Source of the DNA: Seison nebaliae | Lineage: Eukaryota | Direction: 5' to 3' | NCBI GenBank assembly: GCA_023231475.1 | Contig: JALJEE010000748.1 | Span: 53,674-73,673, forward strand | Length of the DNA: 20,000 bases | Shown: one piece after another, positions 1 through 12,666 of the stretch | Layout: each line of letters starts with the position of its first letter | Position numbering within the stretch: the stretch's first letter is position 1 | Notes under the pieces: generated by a model | What the model saw: only the letters and a program-made list of their open reading frames with translations | Database searches by the model: none | What the model was told of the DNA's origin: nothing | Made by a program: the position numbers and the translations under genes

Positions 1-1203
1 CAAGAATTTATTTTTTCAAACATTCAAAGAACGTTCATATGAAGCTGTTTTGAATGAATGGGAGAAAATACGACCACCATCATCATGGTCCGATAATGAC
101 TCAACAACAACAACAACAACACAAATAGATGAAGAACGGTTACGACCTCATTTAACAACAACAGCGAGTACGAATGGAGTGACAACGATTGGTGGAATAC
201 GAGGAATACATATACCATTGACTACTATGACAACGGCACAAATAGCTCCAATTCCATCAACTGGATTCAAGAATAATAATCGGAATGCGAAGAACGTCCA
301 ATTCTCTCATATCAATAATGTAACGATGTTGGACGATTTGAAACATTTGTACAAAGTGAAAAAATTGACGAACGAAGAAATTATGAATTATATTAAAAAA
401 TATTTTGCGGAACGTCCAAACGTCGCCAAATATCCTTCACACGAAGTCCAACGAATTGTCCAATTCGGAAAGAAACATCGTGCTCTCATTAATCAACTGA
501 TTCGAACATGTGGTGGACGACTTCAACGATCAACATTTGCCACTTTCAAAAATTATCCGCATATTCTCGATTTCGATGTTAAACGAGAATATTTCCGTCA
601 AAATCTCGATAAATCTCGAAGAAGACAACTTGGAATTCAAGTTCATCGTGAACGTGTATTCGGAGAATCATTCTTAACATTAGCCAATCTACCCCCAGAA
701 AAATGGAAGTCTCAATTCTTCATACAATTCTCAGGTGAAGAAGGACAAGACGCTGGTGGATTACTTCGTGATTGGTATCTCGTGATGGCGAAGGAGATCT
801 TCAATCCCAATTATGCGCTCTTCATGTTAAATCCGAGTGATAAAGTGACATATATGCCACATCCAGCCTCTCATGTCAATGCTGATCATTTGAAATATTT
901 CAAATTTGTCGGTCGATTAATCGCCAAAGCAATTTTCGATAATAAACATCTCGATTGTCATTTCACTCGAGCATTCTACAAACATATTTTGGGTAAACCC
1001 GTCAGGTTTCATTTTTCATTTTTTTTCTCATCTTTCTTCAATTTCTTTTTTTGATCTTTTTTCAATTTCTTTTTAGTTATACTGATATGGAAAGTGTCGA
1101 TAATGATTATTATAAAAATTTACAACATTTATTAGAGAATCCAATTAACGATATGTATATGGATATCAATTTCACAGTCGATGTTCATCATTTATTTTTT
1201 TTC

Positions 1204-1237
<34 letters not shown>

Positions 1238-1934
1238 TTAGATTAATCAATTTGGTGAGACGAAAACCGTTGCGCTGATTCCGAACGGTGAGAATATTAT
1301 GGTGACGGATGAGAATAAACACATGTTCGTCAAATTAGTTTGTCAGGAGAAGATGATTGGAGCGATCCGAGACCAAGTACATCATTTCTTAGAAGGTTTT
1401 CATTTCTTATTTTCCATTCATTTAAATTGGATTCAATATCGACAGGATTTTATGAAATTATTCCAAAGAAAATGATTTCCATATTTAATGAACAAGAATT
1501 AGAGTTATTGATTAGTGGATTGCCAACGATCGATATCGATGATTTAAAACAGAATACCGTCTATGTCAGATATCGAACAACATCGCCACAAATCGTATGG
1601 TTTTGGGAAGTTCTACGGGCCATGGACGAACAAGAGAAAGCGAAATTCATTCAATTTGTTACAGGAACATCGAAAGTGCCATTACAAGGATTCGCTCTCC
1701 TCGAGGGAATGAGTGGAATTCAAAAATTCCAAATTCATCGAGATAAACAATCAACCGATCATTTACCATCAGCACATACATGGTTATTATTTTAATTTTA
1801 ATCCTTTTTATTTAATTTATAATATTTTCTTCAGTTTCAATCAACTCGATCTTCCCGAATATGAAACAAAAGAGAAGTTAAAGAAGATGTTGTTGATCGC
1901 AATCAATGAAACTGTCGGATTTGGTCTAGCCTAA
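1..1934 (+). CDS. HUWE1: HUWE1/Tom1-type HECT E3 ubiquitin ligase, C-terminal part (5' truncated by window); exons <1..1005, 1077..1182, 1242..1395, 1446..1782, 1835..1934
   Basis: The frame is open from position 2. HECT motifs [73 protein letters not shown] and LPSAHTCFNQLDLP..GFGLA* match the HUWE1 C-terminus as I recall it. Four GT-AG introns (1006-1076, 1183-1241, 1396-1445, 1783-1834) restore one continuous frame. The catalytic Cys codon is split TG|T by the last intron. Confidence 0.95.
1204..1236 (+). repeat. (TAT)11 microsatellite inside HUWE1 intron 1183-1241
   Basis: Perfect trinucleotide run seen directly; it explains the poly-Tyr in the ORF-track entry 1051..1278. Confidence 0.95.
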
Positions 1935-3383
1935 ACACTCACCATCATTTTTTTAAATAACGTTTTAATATTTCTCTTTTTAATTTTTTTTGCGTCGGTG
2001 ATATGCACATTCATGCGTCGGAATCCGTTCGGTGATACATTAGTGACTGACGATGATAATTGTTAAAAATATTTCATTTTATTATTTTTCATTTCATTTT
2101 ACTCAACATCGAAAGAGTTATGATGATGATTGATGGAAATGGCCATCCTCAAAAAAGTTAAACAAATCAAAGAAATGTTTAATGAAAATGATGGAACAGA
2201 AAATTTCATTATTTTCTTTTACACTTACTCCAATTCTTCATCTTCGATTCAATTCGATTATTACATTTTTCCTACTTTCTTTCGAAATTCATATTTTATT
2301 CCATTCTGTCCAAATCTCGTCGTCTTCCTGATGATATCGTTGGATATATACACATTTATTTCATTCCAATCTTCACAATTTGAAGTTGGTAAGAACTGAT
2401 ATTTCTTTTCCAATTGTGTGATGACGGAAAGAAGAATAATTATGAAAATTTTTCCATTTTCTATATCGTTCATTCCACTTTATTCGCCTTCAAATTGTTG
2501 TCGATGAAATGAAAATGGATTTTAATTCATTTATCAAATTATCATCTACGAATATTTCGTTCATCAAATAAAATTTTTCTTTATTATCTTCCCATATAAT
2601 TCTGATTAATACTTCCAAATGAGAATTTTAATCGATAAATTATTATAAAACTTTCGAGACAAAAGGGGAAAATTTATTAACGATAACATTTATTAATACA
2701 ATATCTCATTTAAAATCCCATTATTTGGAAATATTGAAATTATATATTTGAATGGATTATAATATCGATATTGATTGATATCATGTTGATTAGTCAATTT
2801 ACTTAATAATCATAAATATTAATCATATATCTTATCTATATAATCATAATCAGAAATATTTTTGGACAAAATTCCAATTTCGAATCCTCTCACTTCTTTT
2901 ACTACTTATATTAATGCTTTCCAAGTTCACTCAATCTTTTCTCATACTATTCGATACTACGATTTACCACGAGATTCCTTCTCGATTTTAAGGATTTCAT
3001 TTTTTCTTACGATCCGATCACGTAATTACTTTTATTATTCACATTAATCAACAAACTTTTATCGACTTGCACCACTCAATATCAACGTAGGTGAAGACTG
3101 GAATTTTTTAAATATTTTTTCGAATTTATCCCGACAAGAATTTTGCAAAGAATTATTTTGTCAAAATGTCAATTTTTAATAATAAATTATAAAATATGCC
3201 GAAATTGATATTATTTCAATTTTTAGAATGGCTAGAGTGAATTTTACATGTATTACTTGTTATTTTTAGATGATAAATAATTTAACAAGATTTTATTAAA
3301 AGAAAAAATTTTGAAATCAATCATAATGAGAATAAACGGAAAAATATGTTCGTTGTTTTGGTTCAATTTGACCATTGATGTTT

Positions 3384-4298
3384 TTATTTGATATGGATTC
3401 CTGTGCCAAATATGGAAATGTATTTCCGGAGGATTCTGAAGAAGAAAAAGAATGTTAAATAGATCCGACGACCATTAGTATCAGGGTAAATAGCAGAACG
3501 AGAGAATTATTTTTAATTGTGACATAATAATAATGGAAATGAAACATAATATCAGGTTATGATATTTATAAGAAATAAAAGATGATAAAATAATTGATAA
3601 AAAAAAATGAAATTGTCATAACTTGAGTTCAATTGATTTCCTACCGTCCACACATTCCCCATCGACATTGTAAGTGGATGTTCGTTGTGGATTTAATGGA
3701 TAGATGTGGAGACGAGTACATCGTAACGGTTTCACATGTCTGCTACTTCTCTATTTTGTATGAATGGAAAAGATGAAGTATTAGTTCTGATAATCATCAA
3801 CTTCGACCTATTGACACATAAGAATGCCGATGAATGGGAAGTGACATGTGCATTACTTTTATCTTCATAATTAGTTGAAGAGAATAATGATAAAAATTAA
3901 TTTATTTTATTCATTCCAATGGAAGAAGACCTAAAGAATGAATGACGAGAGAGAAGAAAGAGGATGAATGTCAATGAGCGCATGAAACTGGTGGATGGGA
4001 TGGTGGAAATCCGTTATTCATAATTAACAATTTCGTTCAACTAACCAAATGATACGCATTCCTTGAACAACGTATCAAATAGAGCAGATGTTGAATAAAT
4101 GAACATCGTTCCAACAATGTCACATCGAATGTTCCGTCACCTAAATGAGATGATGGTGCTAAACCATAACGGCTCTTCTTACACAAACAAGAGATGACAT
4201 TACAATTTAACATTTGGAAATGATCGCTCCATTCGATTTCCGATCCTTTCCTCGCTCCATCAACCAATTCCAACGATTTGACCTTACACTTTTCGCAT
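3384..4298 (-). CDS. CERK: Ceramide kinase, 3' exons 5-7 (4298..4046, 3750..3623, 3435..3384)
   Basis: Exon 5 (CEKC...ISCLCKKSRYGLAPSSHLGDGTFDVTLLERCS) parallels CERK SCACRRSPRGLSPAAHLGDGSSDLILIRKCS. Exon 6 (...TYNVDGECV) parallels WNCDGE. Exon 7 (ILRKYISIFGTGIHIK*) parallels VHCQLVRLFARGIE. GT-AG introns 4045-3751 and 3622-3436 keep the frame. Confidence 0.9.
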
Positions 4299-7200
4299 CT
4301 GCTCATTATAATAAAGAAACGAAAAGTTTGATAAGATAATCAAATTTGAAAAGAAAAGAATTTTCAGTTCGCAACAAACTGATTAGAATTGTCACTTCAA
4401 TCTGTAAATGACCATCGTCTTTCACATATCTTCCTCGACTACTATCGGAAAATTGGAGAATGAATAGATAGAAAGGATAGATATGGAAATCGCTGCAATA
4501 TCGACGAAGAAACATGTTATTCTTTTAAAAGAACATAAAAATTTACTGAGAATACTCATCAAACTGATGATATAGTTATTAGTTATTAAAAAGTGTTTTA
4601 AGATACTCCTCTTTCTAACTCATTCTAACTCGATTAACAACAATCTTTATCTTGTAAGATGTTTCATTTAAAATTCTTCAACACAATAACCATCTTTTCT
4701 CAATAGCCTTCTCTAATATCATAATAATATTTATAAATACCTTATGTTCTCTAATATTTCGTATATAAATCGAATACGTAAAAGAAATTCATTATGTTTT
4801 AGTGAACTTAATTGCATCTACTAATATTTCTCTCATACCTTTCATTCATCTTCATTCAATTTCAATGGAAAATTTGTGTGGGAGGAAAAATTTTTGATTC
4901 AATCCCAAATTGGACAAATTTCGATTTTTAGGTAATTTTTAAAAGTTATAAAACAGTGATCGATGGATTAATTAATAATTATTTGGACAATATGTTCATG
5001 AATGAAAGGAATGACAGACGATTAATGTTCACTTTCTACTTCCATGATTTTTCTGGTATTGATTTTGATGGTGGAGAAATATTTATGAGATTAATGAAAC
5101 GAATGGTTATTTTTGATAAATTATCAAAAAATTTTTGTTGATTGAGAAAGAATAGTTTTTATGGGATATGTCATCACAATTATAAGTTTCACCTAAGTTG
5201 ATTGGGAAGAAAAAAAATTTGGAAATCATGACCAAATCCGAAAGAATTCTCTTTTATAATGAAATGTTCTTCATTATTTACAAACTTTCTTTCCAATAAG
5301 ATATCGATTTTGGGAAAGGACAGGAAAAATATGATTTCTTTGTCAATTGGAAGATTATCATTCTCTGTTTGTGAATCTTCTTCGAAACGACTTGAATATG
5401 TCTAGTTATGAAATATATGGAGAGGTATTATGAGGGGGAGAATGGTGGAAGTTCTTTTCTCAATAAAACATTTTCTTCCGACATTCATGAGAACGATAGA
5501 AGAATGGAATATAATCTGTACCAAAAATCTAATATTTGTACATCTGAAAACTAACTAATAATACTTCAATTATTTATACACTCCAACAAATTTATGACAT
5601 TATCATTGCTTCATCTACCTGATTACATAATCTACTTTTCTCTATTTAGCACCAAAGAAAAAATCGGAAAAGAATTTTTTCCATTCAAAATCAATAAAAA
5701 TAGGAATATTTGCATATTATCCTCCTCCCGTATATTTATTAATATTTAAACGATTGCTCATTGACGATCATCATGTAACACGAATTATTTCCGCGTTCAA
5801 ATCTAGTTGAATCATTTCACGACCAAACTAAAGAAGAAATATGAATACTTTCACAAAGCATGTCAACTTACCATTTTCAAATTAGCAAATGTGAGAAAAA
5901 TGGATAAGTCCGTCCAGTATATTCATTGTTCCAATTTCACCGACAGAATGTCTAATAATCAATGTGTCGGTTTTTAGGGAATGTATGGAATTAATCGTTA
6001 ATTATATTGAATTTAATTTCATTAATTTCGATTATTAAAGAAATTACGTCATGATGGAAAGTGCATTACAATCTAAAATAAATTTTTTAATAAGAATTTA
6101 AATTTCCTCCTTTTTATTTCTGTAAATAATCTCCAGGAGTTAATTGGATAATTCTAATGAATTTTCTATTAGACCTGATTTAAATTTAAGTTGAATGAAA
6201 TCGATTTTTTTTGAGAAAATCTTATCAGAGAGTTCTGGAAAGGAAAAATATGAAGAATTAGCATTTAATTAAGTAATACTTCCTTCTTTCACAATTTAAG
6301 TTTTGACAGGAATGATTCATGATTATGAATAATTCTTTCGTATTATCTAATAATCGACTAAAATATTTCAGGATAATGAAACGTTTTGGAAGCATGGTGG
6401 AAAAATTGAGGGAGAATACTTCGTCGCATTATGAGAAGAAAGATGTATATGCGTAAACATGCGTCGAACATATTATAAAAAACAAAGTTTTCTAAAAAAA
6501 TTTATTCTTTTTTTCGAAACTATCTTTTTTTTATTCCGACTCAAGTTTTCTCCTCTCAATCGTTTTCGTATTTTCTTTTTTGGAAATAATTGTTTATTTA
6601 AAAAATGTTATCTATATAATCCGTCGCTAAAATTGTCTTACAAGAATTTTCGCGATTAAAGAAAAATAAAATTTTTCATTGACTAGAATTTAAGAGGTAA
6701 ATAGAATAATTTCTTTAAATTCTCTGTAAGAATATCTTCGTGTTTGGAAAGCGGGAAAAGGAGGAAAAAGTAAAGTGGAGAAACACAATAATTACATAAC
6801 AATAGAAGTAGGAGACATGAGTGGACAAGTCGGAAAGCGGAATCATATATCGTGCTCCGACGAAATATGAGGAGAATGCAAACGAAAAAAAATGATAAGA
6901 ATTCTGTTTCACGTTCAATCGATAAATGAGAAAAATGTTTTCATAATTTATTTCTTCACACACGACGGGAAAAAGCGTCATAATGATGATTGATAATTAT
7001 GTTGATCGAACATTTCTCGCAATTAATTCTCGTATTTGATAAACGACAATTTGTCGAACATAAGTGGTTCGGAATTGAGATATTTATTTATATATAGATA
7101 TATAAATCGTAGTATATGATTGATGAATCATATTCTCGTCAAAATGGATCGTCATTTAAAGTGATGAATTTATGAGGAATTGTGCTGAGATATCTGTCTG

Positions 7201-10200
7201 TCTGAGTTAATAGCTAAGATAATAGAGTTAATCTGTATGATTGAGTTAATATTAAATTAGACATTAGTTCTGTCCGTTTGTTCTCGGAAGACGGATATGA
7301 ATCGTCCATTATGAAAAAAGTTGATGTCTCTTAATAATTGCGTCATTAATTTCTTAGATAATTATCATTCATTGGAGAGATTTCAAAAAATGAGAGATCT
7401 ATTCTGCCCAGCCGTTCTTTCCAATTATTACTTATACGAGTGGAAAATTGATGGACTAGAGAATGGTCATTTCCATAAGATGATTCCTAACTAATATTAC
7501 TAAGGGATATATAATTCCATTGTCACATCTTCCAACATTATCGAGAGATGATTGGAAATTGAATAAAATGGAATCGGATCAATCGTCCGAATAATGGAAA
7601 AAATGGTTGTTGATATGTTGATCTTTATAAAGGAACGTTGTCGATCGAGTAGATTGGATAGGAGAAATGGATTTCCATCAACACTCCGACATATTGCGTT
7701 AACGAAATTTCAGAGATTAATTCCCTTAATCTAATTTTTGGTCATTCAAAAGGTTTTTGATGCAATTTTGACGAAAATTTCTAAGGAATGAAATGGAGAA
7801 TTGGCGGAAACGTCAACTAAACAAAACATTTTGTCAACATTTAGTTTAGGGGGATATTGAATGTTTAGTGGGAAGAATGGTTAAGGTTGGCAGACATTCT
7901 CAGCAGGAGAATTGTTGGCAGGTGGTGATGGAACAGTTTGATGGTGACTTGGAGGGTAATAAATTGGAGAAATCATGTAGACAATATGAGAGGTTCATTA
8001 GTTGGAGGAAGTGGAGAATTATTAAGAGAATCGATGTGTCCGGGAAGAATTTTTGGGGATGGAGAAAGAGATATAGTGGAGAATGGGAAACGGAGATTAA
8101 TTGTCATGAATGTTATGAATGATGAAAGATAAGAAGCCATAAAAAAGATTCTCTTAGAAAAAAATATGAGTAAATGTAATTTGTAATTATTAATGATAAT
8201 TAATTGATAAATAAGCAGAAGAAAGCAATCTGGTGTCTTCAACTACAATTTGTAACAGTTGCTGATGGAATATAAATAGACGAAGAATGAATTGATAAAT
8301 GAAGTAACAATAAGATGGCATCATTATGATTATTATTATATTTCATATAATATTATCGAGCAATATTGACGAATGGGAGTTGAAGATGTATGAAATAAAA
8401 GAAAGAAGAAATCTTCTCCGATAATTGTTTCGATTCTAGAAGATAACGACCTTAAACAATAACCATAATGATGATAAAAGGAAATGAAAGTTACTCTCAA
8501 TAGAATGAAATTAAAGATGTCGTAATCAAATGTTGAAATACTGAGATGACTCCTCATTTATTACTTCTTTTCAATTAACTCCAACATTTCTCCCACATCC
8601 TCCTCCACTTTTCCATATTAATGATAATCATCCGATTTCTAAGATCGTTCTAATTCTTATGTACTGTTTAAATGATGGAAAAATATCATAAATCCGCTGT
8701 CCAAAGAAGAACATGAAGAAGGTTATGAGGAAATGCAAAAATTTTTATATTTTTGTCAATTCTTCAAATTTCTTCATTTTCACTTTCTCGTCGTAGATTG
8801 AGAATGAAAATGAGTCCGTTGATTCGACACATCTCTCACTCTCATTCTCATTTCTACTCATCACTGTTGTTGTTGTGGTGCTGTTGTGTGTTGAGAGAGT
8901 TGGAAGAATGGAATCGATAGGAAGATAGACAAAAAATAAAGATAGTTCTTTAAAAAAAATCGTTATTATTCGAGTTAGTCGAGTTCGACAAATTCGATTA
9001 TTTACTAAATTATGCTGAAAGACATGTTGGAAGTAAACAGATGAAATAAAAAGAATTAACTAGGAAAATGAGTTAATTTTATGGTTTTTCATCAAGAAAA
9101 CATATATGGGAGAATGAGTATTGGGACAGGCATGGAATGAGCAAACGACATATCTTTCAGGAAAAGAACTAATGATACATTACGTTTTTCCGTCAGAGAC
9201 TTCTCAAGGCACAACCTAATGATTATTAACAATAGAGACTTCTACTCTTTCTTCTCCGATAATCCTTATTGGAAATTGCATTTGTACGCAATGTTCACGC
9301 GAAAATGCGCTGAGAGAGGTGAGAATTCTGAAAAAAAAGAAATGTGAAATTTCCTCAAATCATTACAATATTTCATTAGAGAGACGATGTATCATAATAA
9401 AATTACGAAGAAATACAATTGACAATATTTACTTTCGGTCATTACTGTTTATTCAATTATTCTGTTCAATTTTTAGAATTAATTTCTACTTCCGTCTATC
9501 ATTGTCCTCCAACATTGTCTGGTACGAGAAATGATTTCCTTCTGAAAATTCACTCGATTTGCTGGAAAAGGTCTATGTTATATTCTGCTCGAGAATGTTA
9601 ACGAGAATAATTGGAAAAATGGAAGGTGGTAGAAGAAATGAAGGAAGTGTGTCAACATGTCCACATTCCATTATTTCTCTAATCGTTTTGTCGGAGATTG
9701 GTGGAGTCTCGTCTCATCTACATCTCAATTATTTTCAATAATACTCCACGTTCCTCACTAATTCTTCTCATGACCCGAATCTTATTATCGTCTTATTATC
9801 TAAATATGCGTTATTATTGTATTAAACATGTGAATATAATTGTATATATTGTCATCTGACTTCCCTCACCCAATTTCAAATAATAACACTAATAATTGTT
9901 TAATTAATAGCATTATGTAACATTGTGCCTTGGAGAGATTAATCATCGGTCTAATTTCGATATATTCTCTGTGGTGCTTTCAATTATTGTATCGGAGGAG
10001 AATTTGTTGACTGGTCTCCAAACTCGTCATTATTATGATTATCATTTCTTTTTTGTTTACGTACGTTTCCGATACGTTTCAGAACATTCAACTGTCAAAT
10101 AAATATTTTGACTTGCTCAAAAAGACATTTGAATGAGAAATGGAATGTCTTTAATTGAACTAGACTACGAATGATTTAGCTTCATGCCATCAACTCGTGC

Positions 10201-11603
10201 ATTACCACTCAGAATGGTGGAGCTGTCATTGCCGTCAATCGTATAATTTGTCATCTTATTCTATGGGAAATATCTATATCCTCACCTTCCATATCTTGTG
10301 ATGATGGCGGCGATAATGAAAGGTATTGAATCATAAGAGAAATTCTTCTATTATTATTGAGCATCAATTACGGTATGGAATTGAAACAGTTAGAATTTTA
10401 TTGGATATCCTTGATCTGAGAACAAATTTCCTCTCTCAATATTCCTCAAAGGAGGCACAAGCGAATGAAGAGAAATGTTTATTCATAATTTAATTAATAT
10501 TAACAATTTGAACAACTCATTCCGAACGATATGTTCATGAGAGAATGAATCAACATTCTATTTGCACTTCAATCCACCAATCTTCCAAAAGAAATAAATT
10601 GGGTATATATTCCAATTCGTAAGTCATCTCACATCGTCTCCCTCATCACAGAAAAACTGTTCCTTTACCAGATCTCAAATACCATTCTCATCAATCACAC
10701 ACATTCCTCGATCTCCGTTCAATGGACGGACATCTCTATCCGCCAAACAGGTGGCGGCATTATTGAGCTTAGAATAATATTTTTTCTCATTCATTTCATA
10801 AGACCAACGACTCTTACAGACCTCCTTCACATCATCCACCTTTCAAATTCTTCATGATCACTTATTATGGCAATTTTCGTCTTATTTACTATAATTGATC
10901 TTCACTTTCCCCGTTTATTAGTAGTCAATCGGATTTGTAGTAGCTAGTCAACAGTTCCCCACTCATTACTACATATAACATGCGCTGCAATTGAGAGATG
11001 AGGAGGAATGTCGTTCACTGAAGACGATCAATAATTTCCGAGCAGAAGGTTGCTCGGATAATTGGAAAGTAATAAAACTTATAATTATCGGGTACCTTTT
11101 GACACGCATATTTCCCAATTTTCCTTAAGTCATTCGATTAGGAAATTGGAATTATGAGAAAATAACTAGAAGTTCGTGTTTGGACGGATGGATGGATGGA
11201 ATGGAGACATGAATATTCTCGTGGTTCCTCCTACTCATCGAGTTATCGGCAACGTCTTTCTCCAAAATAATTACGTTCCAATTCCTCCTCATATATGTCA
11301 ATTAGATTTGAGATGAGGTTCTTTAATTATTTGTGACATATACGATTAGGAGTGGATGAAGAAGAAAATGGGGCGGGTATAGCTAGTTGAAATTGGCAAT
11401 GATTGGAATCAGATAAATAATGTGAGAATGGATGAGGTGAGGTGAGGACGACGAATTGACAGACATGTTTAGTTTATTTCGAATTTACGTGTAGGTCATA
11501 TCTTGATGTGAAGGTTGCTTATGATATAATTATCATAACAGCCAACAATAGACGAAAATGTGGACAAATGATTGGAGATATGCTTGATAATTCATTCATT
11601 CCT

Positions 11604-11640
11604 ACTCACTAACTCACTCACTCACTCACTCACTCACTCA
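11604..11640 (+). repeat. (ACTC)n tetranucleotide microsatellite
   Basis: About 9 ACTC units with one variant, preceded by ATTC units; about 1 kb upstream of the GPCR ATG. Confidence 0.9.
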
Positions 11641-12666
11641 ACGCAGTCGGCAATGCTTATTCTGTTTTTTGGTAGCGATGATTTCTCAGTTACCGTTCCA
11701 TATATTGTATAGGTTGCATAATATGCTCTACATCCTTCTTCTAATGGTTCTTTCCTTATTCATTCATTCACTCACTCGTTCATCTATTCTCATCTAAAAG
11801 AATAAAAGATAAATCGAAAAGATTTTCTTTATTTCTTCTAATGGTTCCCCTTACATACAGTGAAGATGATAGGAAATGTGAGACTCGGTTGTCACTAATG
11901 CGCATATGTATAACATTCAACTAGTATGTGCTCTCAAATCTTTCAAATTGATTTGAAACTAACGATATTGTAATCTTAATATGAAATTATAATTATGATT
12001 CCTGTCCACTTTCTTTTCCTTTCTCCTCTTCCAACCATCATATTTCCAGAACGAACATACTTCACTACTCATCCAACCATACTAGACCAAAGTCCATATT
12101 CCCGACAATTTGAAAATATGTCGGATGATTCCTCCACCATTCCCTTTCACCATACGTATTAAACCGATTACGGACATGCTGATAAATATGGGAATGAATT
12201 CATTAATCTTATAAATTTATCCCATAATCTATTAATATTTATGTATACGTATATTTATACACAATAAATCTGCTCGTCTGGAAGAAGGAGGACGTTTCTA
12301 ATCTCCGTACGGATATGAAGAAGTTTCCTTAGAAGAATTAAGTACAAATTAAAATAGCAAATCAAATGATTATTTCGCACATTCAACTAAGTAATGGAAG
12401 AAGAAGTTCCATGAAATTTCATTGTCCTGTTGTCGAAACGAACTATTACGGTGATAACCATTCTTATTTATCAATTGAAATGATAATGGAAGAAAATTAA
12501 TCAGGATTAGAATATTCATTCTAAATAAATATCAGAACATTTCCTTTTGTTTTTGTTATCGATGAAATTCCTTATTGTTTTCGTGACGAATATGATTGAA
12601 AACGATTAAAACTTATTACATCGCAATTTTTTAGATCATTCTTTTATATCTGATGCGTCGATATCG

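Noticed and set aside
1051..1278. ORF with poly-Tyr run
   Set aside because: It is HUWE1 exon 2 read on into an intron containing a TAT microsatellite.
4037..4306. Stand-alone 89-aa gene starting MSRCEKC
   Set aside because: It is CERK exon 5; the ATG lies in the intron just upstream of the acceptor at 4299.
7868..8242. Three overlapping ORFs in a purine-rich tract
   Set aside because: No recognisable domain or consistent splice structure; G/A-biased composition lowers stop frequency.
8970..8997. Small TCGA-rich hairpin
   Set aside because: Short and built from the locally frequent TCGA palindrome; expected by chance.
4500..12600. Transposon, tRNA, hammerhead ribozyme or CRISPR-like array in the giant intron
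   Set aside because: I saw no transposase/RT ORF, terminal repeats, cloverleaf, complete CUGANGA..GAAA core or regularly spaced repeats by eye. Degenerate repeats cannot be excluded without RepeatMasker or a self dot-plot.
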